DNA of 35,917 bases from Clostridia bacterium (GTDB lineage: Bacteria; Bacillota; Peptococcia; DRI-13; DTU073), in the NCBI GenBank assembly GCA_012842035.1, contig DUTO01000095.1, forward strand, positions 1-35,917, in the 5' to 3' direction. Position 1 is the stretch's first letter, and each line of letters begins with the position of its first letter. Shown here one piece after another: positions 14,462 to 23,141 of the stretch. The notes beneath the pieces are model-generated. The model saw only the letters and a list, made by a program, of their open reading frames with translations. It was not told the origin of the DNA and did no database searches. The position numbers and the translations under genes are program-made.

Positions 14462-16384
14462 ATGAAAAAAAAGACATTTTACATTACGACCCCGATTTAT
14501 TATCCGAGTGCCAGTTTGCATATAGGTCATGCTTTAACGACGGTAATGGCCGATACTATGGCTCGTTATAAAAAAATGCAAGGTTTTGATACTTATTTTT
14601 TAACCGGTTCTGATGAACATGGTTTAAAGATTGAGCAAAGTGCTCAAGCTGTAGGTCAAGAACCTCAAGAATATGTGGATAAAATAGTAGCCGGTTTTAA
14701 ATCCCTTTGGCAAAAACTGCTGATTTCTCATGATGACTTTATTCGTACGACAGAAGAGCGGCATAAAAAAGTGGCCCAGGCTATTTTTCAGAAAATATAT
14801 GAGCAAGGTGATATTTATCTTTCTACTTATGAAGGGTGGTATTGTACACCTTGTGAAACCTTTTTTACAGAACGGCAATTAGGTGAAGAGCGGTTATGTC
14901 CTGATTGTCAGCGCCCTGTGGAATTAATTAAAGAAGAAAGCTACTTTTTTAAAATGTCCAAATATGCGGAGCGACTTTTAGAACATATTGCGGAAAACCC
15001 GGAATTTATTCAGCCTGTCTCGCGGCGTAATGAGATGATTAATTTTATCAAAAGTGGTTTAGAAGATTTATGTGTTTCGAGAACTACTTTTAGTTGGGGT
15101 ATTCCGGTACCCATTAATGAAAAACATGTAATTTATGTTTGGTTTGATGCGTTAACGAATTATTTGAGCGCTTTAGGTTATGGTACAGAGCATGATCAGT
15201 TATATCAAAAATATTGGCCCGCCGATGTTCATTTGGTAGGTAAAGACATTGTTCGTTTTCATACAGTAATTTGGCCGACGATTTTGATGGCCGCCGGTCT
15301 TCCTTTGCCTAAACAGGTTTTCGGTCATGGCTGGTTGCTTTTAGATTCCGGGAAGATGTCTAAATCGAAAGGGAATGTGGTTGACCCTGTTGTTTTAATT
15401 GAAAAATATGGTGTGGATGCGGTGCGCTACTTTTTATTGCGAGAAATTCCTTTAGGCTTAGATGGTTATTATTCTGAAGCTAATTTGATTCAGCGGATTA
15501 ATACCGACTTGGCTAATGACTTTGGCAATCTTGTTTCACGTAGTGTGACCATGGTAGAAAAGTATTGTGGTGGTGAAGTGCCATCAGCGCAAGGGGAAGC
15601 AGATCCTTTCGAACGTGAGTTGCTGGCCTTGGCTGCTACTGTGCCTCAAGCGGTAGCGGGGTTTTATGACCGGATGGACTTTGCTAATGCTTTAGATTGT
15701 GTTTGGCGCTTGGTAAAGAGGGCTAATAAGTATATTGATGAAACAATGCCTTGGGTTTTGGCCAAAGACCCTTGTCAAAAGGGAAAATTAGATACGGTTT
15801 TATATAATTTAATAGAAGTTATTCGGATCGTTACTGTAATGATTGCCCCGGCCATGCCTGCTCTGTGGCCCAAAGTGTCTGCTCAGATTGGGGCTACTGT
15901 TACCTTTCAGCCAACTTGGGCTGATATTGAATGGGGCAAAACACGTCCCGGACAGGTGGTCGCCAAAGGCAAACCCCTTTTCCCCCGCATTGAGGTCAGA
16001 GAAGAACAGAAAAAAAAGCAGGAAGAAAAGCAAGCAGCAGAAAAGGGGAAGATAGAGTCAGGGGAAATAGCGTTTGAGGACTTTGCTAAAATAGATTTAC
16101 GCGTAGCAGAGGTTCTGGCTTGTGAAAAAGTAGAAGATACGGAAAAACTTTTAAAATTAGAGATAAGAATAGGTGAGGAAACGCGGACAATTGTTTCCGG
16201 CATAGCTCAGCATTACACCCCTCAAGAGCTGGTGGGCAAAAAGGTTATCGTGGTGGCTAATCTAAAACCGGCTAAATTGCGCGGTATTTTATCTGAAGGT
16301 ATGCTTTTAGTAGCTTCACATGGTGATGTTTTAGAAGTTTTGACTGTGGAGCAGAATTTGCCATCAGGTAGTGAGGTTAATTAA
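14462..16384 (+). CDS. metG: Methionine--tRNA ligase with a C-terminal Trbp111/EMAP-like tRNA-binding domain
   Basis: The HIGH motif (SLHIGHAL), the KMSKS motif (GKMSKSKG), zinc knuckles CTPC...CPDC, and the C-terminal DLRVAEV...VANLKPAKLRG. Confidence 0.95.
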   Translation: MKKKTFYITTPIYYPSASLHIGHALTTVMADTMARYKKMQGFDTYFLTGSDEHGLKIEQSAQAVGQEPQEYVDKIVAGFKSLWQKLLISHDDFIRTTEERHKKVAQAIFQKIYEQGDIYLSTYEGWYCTPCETFFTERQLGEERLCPDCQRPVELIKEESYFFKMSKYAERLLEHIAENPEFIQPVSRRNEMINFIKSGLEDLCVSRTTFSWGIPVPINEKHVIYVWFDALTNYLSALGYGTEHDQLYQKYWPADVHLVGKDIVRFHTVIWPTILMAAGLPLPKQVFGHGWLLLDSGKMSKSKGNVVDPVVLIEKYGVDAVRYFLLREIPLGLDGYYSEANLIQRINTDLANDFGNLVSRSVTMVEKYCGGEVPSAQGEADPFERELLALAATVPQAVAGFYDRMDFANALDCVWRLVKRANKYIDETMPWVLAKDPCQKGKLDTVLYNLIEVIRIVTVMIAPAMPALWPKVSAQIGATVTFQPTWADIEWGKTRPGQVVAKGKPLFPRIEVREEQKKKQEEKQAAEKGKIESGEIAFEDFAKIDLRVAEVLACEKVEDTEKLLKLEIRIGEETRTIVSGIAQHYTPQELVGKKVIVVANLKPAKLRGILSEGMLLVASHGDVLEVLTVEQNLPSGSEVN

Positions 16385-16397
16385 GGAGGCTGGTGAT

Positions 16398-17183
16398 ATG
16401 TATTTTGATACACATGCTCATTTAGATGATATTCAGTTTGCGGAAGACCAAGCAGCAGTAATTAAGCGTGCTCAAAAGGCCGAAGTGGAGTTAATTATTA
16501 ATGTTGGTTGTAGTGATCCCGCGACCTGGTATAATGAAGCCTTAATCCAAAAATACAACTTTATTTATGCGGCGGTAGGCTTGCATCCCCATGAGGCCCA
16601 AGACCTTAAGCCAGAAAGCTTAGCCCAATTATATGAATTAGCCCAAAAGCCTCGCGTCGTAGCTGTGGGGGAGATTGGGCTTGATTATCATTATGACTTT
16701 TCACCACGTGCTACACAACAGATGGTGTTTCGTAAAATGATTGGCTTGGCGCGTGATTTACAATTACCACTAATTATTCATTGTCGTGAGGCTTATGAGG
16801 ACGTTTTGCGGATTATTAAAGCAGAGAAGGCGAGTGAAGTAGGTGGTGTTTTCCATTGTTATTCGGGAAGTTGGCCCGGAGCTAAGGAAATTTTTAAATT
16901 AGGATTTTATCTTGCTTTAGGTGGTGTGGTAACTTTTGCAAATGCGCGCAAAGCAGTAGAAGTGGCGCGAAAAATACCACTGGAGTATCTTTTGTTAGAA
17001 ACTGATTGTCCTTATTTAACTCCTGTTCCTTATCGAGGTCAAAGGAATGAGCCTGCTTATGTGGTTAAGGTGGCTGAAAAGATTGCGGAGCTTAAAGGTA
17101 TAGCTGTAGAAGAAGTAGCACAGGCTACTTTAGTTAATGGAAAGAGGTTGTTTAACATTGCGGGAGATTTTAAAAAAACATAA
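16398..17183 (+). CDS. tatD: TatD-family metal-dependent DNase/hydrolase (YabD)
   Basis: MYFDTHAHLDD, GEIGLDYHY, IHCREA and ETDCPYLTP. ATG 16398 is preceded by AAGGAGG. Confidence 0.9.
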   Translation: MYFDTHAHLDDIQFAEDQAAVIKRAQKAEVELIINVGCSDPATWYNEALIQKYNFIYAAVGLHPHEAQDLKPESLAQLYELAQKPRVVAVGEIGLDYHYDFSPRATQQMVFRKMIGLARDLQLPLIIHCREAYEDVLRIIKAEKASEVGGVFHCYSGSWPGAKEIFKLGFYLALGGVVTFANARKAVEVARKIPLEYLLLETDCPYLTPVPYRGQRNEPAYVVKVAEKIAELKGIAVEEVAQATLVNGKRLFNIAGDFKKT

Positions 17184-18000
17184 TTTCCGTTATAAAAAAA
17201 AATGGGGACAGAATTTTATTTTTGAGCAAAATTTATTACAGCGCATAGTAACAGAGGCAGGCATTGTTCCCGGAGACTGCGTGGTAGAAATAGGAGCTGG
17301 AGTTGGGACATTGACTCGTGAGCTTTTAGCCCAGGGCGCCCAAGTGTTGGCTATTGAAATTGATCGAACCTTGTTGCCCCTTTTAGCTAGTTTGTTTGCG
17401 GAGGAGAACGTTGTTTTTGTCCAAGGCGATGTAATGCAGCTGGACTTAGATGAATTAACACGCGCCCAGGGCTGGTCCGGTTATAAGGTGGTAGCTAATC
17501 TTCCTTATTATATTACTACTCCTCTAGTGATGAAATTATTGGAAGAAGAAGCGGAGATTGAAGATATTGTGGTGATGATGCAAAAAGAAGTGGCGGCAAG
17601 ATTAATGGCTGTGCCGGGCACGAAGGAATATGGTGCGCTTACCTTAGCTGTACAGTATTATGCGGAACCGGAAATACTGTTTCCCGTTTCGCGACATGTT
17701 TTTCAGCCTGTTCCCCAGGTGGATTCTGCTGTAATTCGTTTAAAACCCAGAAAAGAGCCTCCCGTTCAGGTAGAGGATAAGGCCTTGCTCTTTAGAATTA
17801 TTAAAGCTGCTTTTGGACAACGGCGCAAGGTTTTACTTAATTCGCTTTTGAAAACACACCCGGGTGTGGAGAAAAAAACACTTGGAGAAGTATTGGTACA
17901 GGCTGGGATCGATTCCCGGATCCGAGGAGAAGTCTTAAGTTTAGAACAATTCGCCATTTTGTCTAATATTTGGGTTGCAAAAATAAAACAAATGATATAA
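17137..18000 (+). CDS. rsmA: 16S rRNA (adenine1518/1519-N6)-dimethyltransferase RsmA/KsgA
   Basis: GQNFI, EIGAGVGTLT and ANLPYYITTP. The start is either ATG 17137 or TTG 17158 (the latter has RBS GAAAGAGG). Either start overlaps the tatD 3' end. Confidence 0.9.
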   Translation: MERGCLTLREILKKHNFRYKKKWGQNFIFEQNLLQRIVTEAGIVPGDCVVEIGAGVGTLTRELLAQGAQVLAIEIDRTLLPLLASLFAEENVVFVQGDVMQLDLDELTRAQGWSGYKVVANLPYYITTPLVMKLLEEEAEIEDIVVMMQKEVAARLMAVPGTKEYGALTLAVQYYAEPEILFPVSRHVFQPVPQVDSAVIRLKPRKEPPVQVEDKALLFRIIKAAFGQRRKVLLNSLLKTHPGVEKKTLGEVLVQAGIDSRIRGEVLSLEQFAILSNIWVAKIKQMI

Positions 18001-18018
18001 AGTAGTACGAAGGTATAA

Positions 18019-18070
18019 AAAAGAAGGTAACAGGGTATACTCACGCTGTTACTTTCTTTTGGTTTTTTTT
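18019..18070 (+). terminator. Terminator after rsmA
   Basis: Stem aaagaaggtaacag / ctgttactttcttt (one G-U pair) with a 12-nt loop, followed by ggTTTTTTTT. Confidence 0.65.
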
Positions 18071-18167
18071 ACTACTGGAAAACCCCAAAAGGGCAAACTA
18101 TAATAAGCGTTACAACTGACAACTTGCTACAAAACAATGTGTTTAAGTTGCCGGAGGAGGCGAATTA

Positions 18168-18776
18168 ATGAGAAAAAAACATTTTTTAGCCATTACTGTA
18201 CTTACGTTTATGTTCATGTTGCTGATGGCTTCTCCCCTTTTTGCCGCTACTACTCATAAAGTTAAAAAGGGGGATACTTTATTTAGGTTAAGTCGAAATT
18301 ATGGTGTTTCTATTGCCGAGATTAAGAGTGCTAATGGTTTAAAATCAGATTTAATTCTAATTGGACAAGTATTAAGGATTCCTACAGCGACTACTAATGT
18401 TTCGCGTAGTGGAAGAGATTTTAGTCAAGCAGAAATTAATTGGTTAGCCCGGGTCGTCCATGGTGAAGCCCGCGGGGAGTCTTATACAGGGCAAGTGGCT
18501 GTGGCAGCCGTTGTGCTTAATCGTGTTGATAGTAGGCAGTTCCCGAATACGGTGCAAGGGGTAGTTTTTCAGCCGGGTGCTTTTACGGCGGTTACCGATG
18601 GGCAGATTAATTTAACTCCTAATACAATAGCATATAGAGCTGTGCGTGAGGCTATAGCCGGTTCCGACCCTTCCGGGGGTGCCCTTTATTATTGGAATCC
18701 GGCCAAAGCTACCAGCAAATGGATTTGGTCACGCACAATCATTAACCGTATCGGTAATCATGTTTTTGGGATTTAA
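18168..18776 (+). CDS. Secreted LysM-domain cell wall hydrolase of the SleB/CwlJ (Hydrolase_2) family
   Basis: Signal peptide ending ...SPLFA/ATT. LysM HKVKKGDTLFRLSRNYGVSIAEIKSANGL...GQVLRIP. Hydrolase_2 core LARVVHGEARGESYTGQVAVAAVVLNRV...FQPGAFT. Confidence 0.82.
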   Translation: MRKKHFLAITVLTFMFMLLMASPLFAATTHKVKKGDTLFRLSRNYGVSIAEIKSANGLKSDLILIGQVLRIPTATTNVSRSGRDFSQAEINWLARVVHGEARGESYTGQVAVAAVVLNRVDSRQFPNTVQGVVFQPGAFTAVTDGQINLTPNTIAYRAVREAIAGSDPSGGALYYWNPAKATSKWIWSRTIINRIGNHVFGI

Positions 18777-18820
18777 TTTGGGGTATATAAATTAATAAGT
18801 TTGTTGTCAGAGATTTAAAA

Positions 18821-18864
18821 AAGTGAGCCTTTCTCAACTAATGTGGAGAAGGGCTTACTTTTTG
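18821..18864 (+). terminator. Terminator after the LysM hydrolase gene
   Basis: 13-bp stem gtgagcctttctc / gagaagggcttac (two G-U pairs), followed by TTTTT. Confidence 0.7.
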
Positions 18865-18937
18865 GGCAGGAAAAGGCAGAAAAAAAGCTAAATAAGAGTA
18901 GGAAGGAGTTCGGTAGGAAAGGGAAAGGGGGAGGTTA

Positions 18938-20302
18938 ATGAAATATCGGAAAGAGAAAGACTCTTTAGGTGAGGTTTTAGTCCCCGATGATAAGTTGTGG
19001 GGGGCTCAGACGCAAAGAAGTCTGGAAAACTTTAAAATAGGGCAAGAAAAAATGCCACGTGAAATAATTAGGGCTTTAGTGTTAATTAAAAAAGTAGCGG
19101 CTCAAGTTAATTATGAATTGGGGCTACTGGCTGAGGCAGAACAACAGGCAATAGGGCAAGCATGTACAGAGATTTTAGAGGGTAGTTTGGCAGATAATTT
19201 TCCTTTGGTTGTTTGGCAAACGGGGAGCGGTACCCAGACAAATATGAATGTCAATGAAGTCATTGCCCGGCGCGCTAATCAGATTTTAGGAAGAGAGAAA
19301 GTTCATCCTCATGACCAGGTTAATAAGGGGCAGAGTTCTAATGATGTTTTCCCTACGGCTATACATATCGCGGCGGTAATGGCTTTAGAGGATGATCTTT
19401 TACCGGCAATTAGGCAATTAAAAAAGACTTTTGCCCAAAAAGGTGAGGAGTATCAGGATGTGCTCAAGATTGGTCGGACTCATTTACAGGATGCCACTCC
19501 TCTGACTTTTGGTCAGGAGATTAGTGCTTGGGAGCGGATGTTAGAAAAGGCCGAAGCCATGCTTAAAGAAAGTGTGGTGCATTTAAGGGAATTGGCTTTA
19601 GGGGGTACTGCTGTAGGCACGGGGTTGAATACCCATCCCGAGTTTGCCGAGCGGGCTGTGGCTAAAATTAAGCAATTGACTAAAAAAGAGTTTGGGGTGG
19701 CCCCCAACAAGTTTCATGCGTTGACCAGTAAAGATGCCCTTGTTTTTGCCCATGGAGCTTTAAAAGCACTGGCCGCAGATTTAATGAAGATAGCTAATGA
19801 TGTCAGGTGGTTAGCCAGTGGCCCACGTTGTGGGTTAGGGGAATTAAGCCTGCCGGCCAATGAACCGGGCAGTTCCATTATGCCCGGTAAGGTTAACCCT
19901 ACACAATGCGAAGCGTTAACCATGGTTGCTTGTCAAGTAATGGGGAATGATGTCACCCTTGGCATGGCGGCCAGTCAGGGTAATTTGCAACTAAATGTTT
20001 TTATGCCGGTATGTGCTTATAATTTCTTGCAGTCGGTACATTTGTTAAGCGAAGCCATTGTTTCTTTCCGGCAAAATTGTATAGAGGGGATGAAGCCTAA
20101 GCGGGAGCAAATGCAAAGCTATCTGGAAAGTTCGTTAATGTTGGTAACGGCTTTAACTCCTTATCTAGGTTATGAAAAAGCGGCTCAAATAGCTCAAACG
20201 GCATCTCGGGAAGGACTTACCTTAAAAGAAGCGGCTTTAAAACTGAAATTATTGACAGCAGAAGAATTTGAGCAATATGTGCGACCGGAGAAGATGGTTT
20301 AA
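18938..20302 (+). CDS. fumC: Class II fumarate hydratase
   Basis: The signature GSSIMPGKVNPTQCE, QTGSGTQTNMN and HPHDQVNKGQSSND. 454 aa. Confidence 0.95.
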   Translation: MKYRKEKDSLGEVLVPDDKLWGAQTQRSLENFKIGQEKMPREIIRALVLIKKVAAQVNYELGLLAEAEQQAIGQACTEILEGSLADNFPLVVWQTGSGTQTNMNVNEVIARRANQILGREKVHPHDQVNKGQSSNDVFPTAIHIAAVMALEDDLLPAIRQLKKTFAQKGEEYQDVLKIGRTHLQDATPLTFGQEISAWERMLEKAEAMLKESVVHLRELALGGTAVGTGLNTHPEFAERAVAKIKQLTKKEFGVAPNKFHALTSKDALVFAHGALKALAADLMKIANDVRWLASGPRCGLGELSLPANEPGSSIMPGKVNPTQCEALTMVACQVMGNDVTLGMAASQGNLQLNVFMPVCAYNFLQSVHLLSEAIVSFRQNCIEGMKPKREQMQSYLESSLMLVTALTPYLGYEKAAQIAQTASREGLTLKEAALKLKLLTAEEFEQYVRPEKMV

Positions 20303-20321
20303 GCTAAAGGAGGTCTAAAAG

Positions 20322-21551
20322 GTGGATTATACGAAGAAAGCTTTGGAGATGCATAAACAGTTAAAAGGGAAATTAACAGTGCAAAGTAAGGTTTCTTTAC
20401 AAAACAAAGAAAATTTGGCCCTGGCTTATACACCGGGAGTAGCTGAACCTTGTAAGTTGATTGCCCAGGATAAGTCTTTAGTTTATGAGTATACCCTGAA
20501 GGGAAATTTGATTGCTGTTGTTTCCGATGGGACAGCAGTATTGGGGCTGGGGAATATTGGGCCGGAGGCTGCACTACCGGTAATGGAGGGGAAATGTATC
20601 CTGTTTAAAGAGTTTGCCGGTGTGGATGCTGTTCCTTTATGTATAGGAACGACAGATGTGGAGAAGATTGTGGAGTTTGTGGTACAAGTGTCTCCTACTT
20701 TTGGCGGTATAAATTTAGAAGATATTAGTAGTCCTCGTTGTTTTGTTATTGAAAGAAAATTAAAAGAAAGATTAGCGATTCCTGTTTTTCATGATGACCA
20801 GCATGGTACGGCCGTTGTTGTTTTAGCCGCCTTAATTAATGCGGCCAAGGTAGTGGGTAAAGAGTTTATAGAGTTGCAAGTGATTATTAATGGTGCCGGG
20901 GCCGCTGGAATCAGTATTGCTAAGCTTTTAAAGGCAGCAGGGCTTCAAGATATAATTTTATGTAACCGCGGTGGGGCTATTTATCAAGGTTGCCCCCAAA
21001 AAATAAATAGTGAGCAAGAACGGATGGCTTTAGAGACGAACTTAGAGCGGAAGAAAGGGTTATTGGAGGACGTCATTCAAGGTGCTGATGTGTTTATCGG
21101 AGTTTCACAAGCAGGCTTACTTACTGCGGAGATGGTGCAGCAAATGAAAAAAGAGCCTATTGTTTTAGCGCTGGCTAACCCTTTGCCGGAAATATTTCCG
21201 GAGGAGGCATTGGCGGCCGGGGCAAAAGTTGTGGGCACAGGGCGGTCCGATTATCCTAATCAAATTAATAATGTGTTAGCTTTCCCCGGTATTTTCCGTG
21301 GTGCTTTAGATGTGCAAGCTACAGATATTAATGAAGCGATGAAATTGGCGGCAGCGCGGGCGTTAGCTCAGGTGCTTACGCCGGAAGAGCTGACAGCTGA
21401 TTATATTGTGCCTTCGGCTTTTGATTTCCGTGTAGGTCCCAGCGTAGCTGACGCTGTAGCAGAAGCTGCGGTTAAGTCGGGTGTAGCTCGTAAAAGATTA
21501 AGCTATGCCGTAGAGTTAGCGCAAGCCAGTAGCTTAATGAAAAAAAGTTAA
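20322..21551 (+). CDS. NAD(P)-dependent malic enzyme, short form (YtsJ/MaeB N-domain type, no PTA domain)
   Basis: LALAYTPGVAEPC, VVSDGTAVLGLGNIG, FGGINLEDI, FHDDQHGTA, NGAGAAG and ANP. GTG start 9 nt after AAAGGAGG and 19 nt after the fumC stop. Confidence 0.9.
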   Translation: MDYTKKALEMHKQLKGKLTVQSKVSLQNKENLALAYTPGVAEPCKLIAQDKSLVYEYTLKGNLIAVVSDGTAVLGLGNIGPEAALPVMEGKCILFKEFAGVDAVPLCIGTTDVEKIVEFVVQVSPTFGGINLEDISSPRCFVIERKLKERLAIPVFHDDQHGTAVVVLAALINAAKVVGKEFIELQVIINGAGAAGISIAKLLKAAGLQDIILCNRGGAIYQGCPQKINSEQERMALETNLERKKGLLEDVIQGADVFIGVSQAGLLTAEMVQQMKKEPIVLALANPLPEIFPEEALAAGAKVVGTGRSDYPNQINNVLAFPGIFRGALDVQATDINEAMKLAAARALAQVLTPEELTADYIVPSAFDFRVGPSVADAVAEAAVKSGVARKRLSYAVELAQASSLMKKS

Positions 21552-21577
21552 AAGGTGTATTTTCTCCTTTATATTTA

Positions 21578-21605
21578 ACCAAGCGTAGGCGAAAAACATA
21601 GAATA
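21578..21605 (+). promoter_or_regulatory. Sigma-K-like promoter upstream of yabG
   Basis: AC (21578-21579), 17-nt spacer, CATAGAATA (21597-21605). This fits AC-N17-CATANNNTA. Confidence 0.4.
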
Positions 21606-21627
21606 GAATGTAAAGGAGAGATGCCGG

Positions 21628-22521
21628 ATGAAGAAACAATTAGAAGTAGGCGATATTGTCGGTCGCAAATCTCATGGTAGTGATATCTTGTTTCGGATCA
21701 CGGAGATTGTTAGTGAGTTTGAGGAAGCGAAAGCCCTTTTAAGGGGGCTGGATGTAAGACTGTATGCTGATGCTCCTCTCCGGGATTTAGAAAAAAAGAC
21801 TTTCTCCGAAATTAGTAAATATAGACAGCAATATATAAAAAAAAACAGTGCCTGCATGCGTCGCATCTTTGAACGGAGGCTGGAGGATGAAACAAGGCTT
21901 TTTTTAAGAAGGGGAGAAGAAGGCTTTAAAAAAACAATGCGAACCGAGGATACGACTCATTTTGAAGTGCCGGGGGAAGTTTTGCATTTGGATGGGGATA
22001 AAGAATATTTACAACTATGTAAAACGACGTATGCTCAGCTTAATATTAAAATGAATGGCTTTGAAGTTCCGGAGGAAAAGCAACCGGAATTGGTGTATGA
22101 GTATTTACAAAAATATACTCCTAATATTCTTGTTTTAACAGGACATGATGGTGTGCTTAAAAATATTACTGATTTTAAGAATGTGGATAATTACAGAAAT
22201 TCTCCTTATTTTATTAAAGCGGTACGTAAAGCACGTGAGTATGAGCCGGGTCGTGATGACTTGATTATTTTTGCCGGGGCTTGTCAGTCTCATTATGAGG
22301 CTTTAATTGCGGCCGGGGCTAATTTTGCCAGTTCCCCGCAAAGAGTTTTAATTCATGCGTTCGACCCTGTTTTTATTGCAGAGAAATTAGCCTATAGTTC
22401 TATTTATGAAGCTTTAAGTGTAGAAGATATTTTAAATAATACAATTACCGGCTTAGATGGGGTGGGGGGAATTGAAACTAGAGGTTGTTTACGCCTTGGT
22501 TATCCTAAATCGCCATATTAG
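21628..22521 (+). CDS. yabG: Sporulation-specific protease YabG (peptidase U57)
   Basis: About 290 aa with ILVLTGHDG...NYRNSPYFIKAVRKAR...IFAGACQSHYEALIAAGANFASSP, typical of YabG. It lies upstream of veg, as in Bacillus. Confidence 0.85.
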   Translation: MKKQLEVGDIVGRKSHGSDILFRITEIVSEFEEAKALLRGLDVRLYADAPLRDLEKKTFSEISKYRQQYIKKNSACMRRIFERRLEDETRLFLRRGEEGFKKTMRTEDTTHFEVPGEVLHLDGDKEYLQLCKTTYAQLNIKMNGFEVPEEKQPELVYEYLQKYTPNILVLTGHDGVLKNITDFKNVDNYRNSPYFIKAVRKAREYEPGRDDLIIFAGACQSHYEALIAAGANFASSPQRVLIHAFDPVFIAEKLAYSSIYEALSVEDILNNTITGLDGVGGIETRGCLRLGYPKSPY

Positions 22522-22545
22522 GCTTGTTAAGCGCTTTTTTGTTTG

Positions 22546-22574
22546 TTGACAAGGCAAGGCGAGTCTAGTATAAT
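22546..22574 (+). promoter_or_regulatory. veg promoter P1 (perfect sigma-A consensus)
   Basis: TTGACA (22546-22551), 17-nt spacer, TATAAT (22569-22574). Confidence 0.7.
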
Positions 22575-22585
22575 ATAATATTTAT

Positions 22586-22614
22586 TTGACAAGATGCCAA
22601 TTTGATGATACAAT
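22586..22614 (+). promoter_or_regulatory. veg promoter P2 (consensus -35, extended -10)
   Basis: TTGACA (22586-22591), 17-nt spacer, TACAAT (22609-22614), preceded by TGa. Confidence 0.65.
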
Positions 22615-22645
22615 TAGTTTGTTATTATAGAAAGAAGGTGGTGTC

Positions 22646-22921
22646 TTGTTAGCCAAAAAGGTTTTTGCAGATATTAAGCGTGATTTAGAGCCATTTGTGG
22701 GTAATAAAATCAAGCTTAAGGCGAATCGAGGGCGAAAAAAAATTATTGAAAAAGTAGGTGTGCTAGAAAGCACTTATCCTAATATTTTTGTAATTCGCTT
22801 AGATGAAAAACAAGTTAAACGCCGTATTTCTTTTACCTATGCTGATATTTTAACAGATACTGTTCAGCTAACTGTTTTTGATGGAGATGAGAACATTAGA
22901 ATAACGGCTAATGGTTCATAA
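22646..22921 (+). CDS. veg: Veg protein
   Basis: DIKRDLEPFVGNKIKLKANRGRKKIIEKVGVLESTYPNIFVIRLD...SFTYADILTDTVQLT matches B. subtilis Veg ([45 protein letters not shown]). TTG start after AAGGTGG. Confidence 0.9.
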   Translation: MLAKKVFADIKRDLEPFVGNKIKLKANRGRKKIIEKVGVLESTYPNIFVIRLDEKQVKRRISFTYADILTDTVQLTVFDGDENIRITANGS

Positions 22922-22946
22922 CTGCTGAGTTTCAGCAGTTTTTTTA
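22920..22946 (+). terminator. veg terminator
   Basis: aactgctga-gtt-tcagcagtt, followed by a T7 run. Confidence 0.8.
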
Positions 22947-23141
22947 TTTTAAAATAACAAAATGAAGAATTTCCCATACCCTTTTAATCTTGCAAAAAAG
23001 AGGGTATTTTTTATGCTTGAGCAAGAGCAAAAGGTTGTAACAACAGGGAAGAAAAAATATCAAGTTTGTCGGAAGATAAGCCAATCAAGTAAAATACAAT
23101 TATGTCTTTTGACAAATTTGATTAAAAAGGGGAGGTTTTGG

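Noticed and set aside
15809-16203. Three overlapping ORFs (both strands) in the Lys/Glu-rich linker region of metG
   Set aside because: They are low-complexity shadows of the metG linker that precedes the tRNA-binding domain, not independent genes.
17137-17183. The tatD/rsmA overlap of 26-47 nt, considered as a possible frameshift or fusion
   Set aside because: Both proteins are complete, with all family motifs in their own frames. The overlap simply reflects an rsmA start (ATG 17137 or TTG 17158) inside the tatD 3' end.
18071-18167. A possible c-di-AMP (ydaO-type) or other riboswitch upstream of the LysM cell wall hydrolase
   Set aside because: Only about 95 nt are available between the terminator and the start codon. 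That space also has to hold a promoter (TGGAAA-17-TATAAT). I saw none of the conserved riboswitch blocks.
23109-23114. A consensus TTGACA hexamer just upstream of the SCP gene
   Set aside because: There is no acceptable -10 element at 16-18 nt spacing, because that position falls in the RBS. It is probably fortuitous.
22962-23141. A 60-codon N-terminal extension of the SCP protein ORF
   Set aside because: The extension starts inside the veg terminator region and has no RBS. An internal ATG at 23142 has a strong AAGGGGAGG RBS and is followed immediately by a canonical signal peptide.
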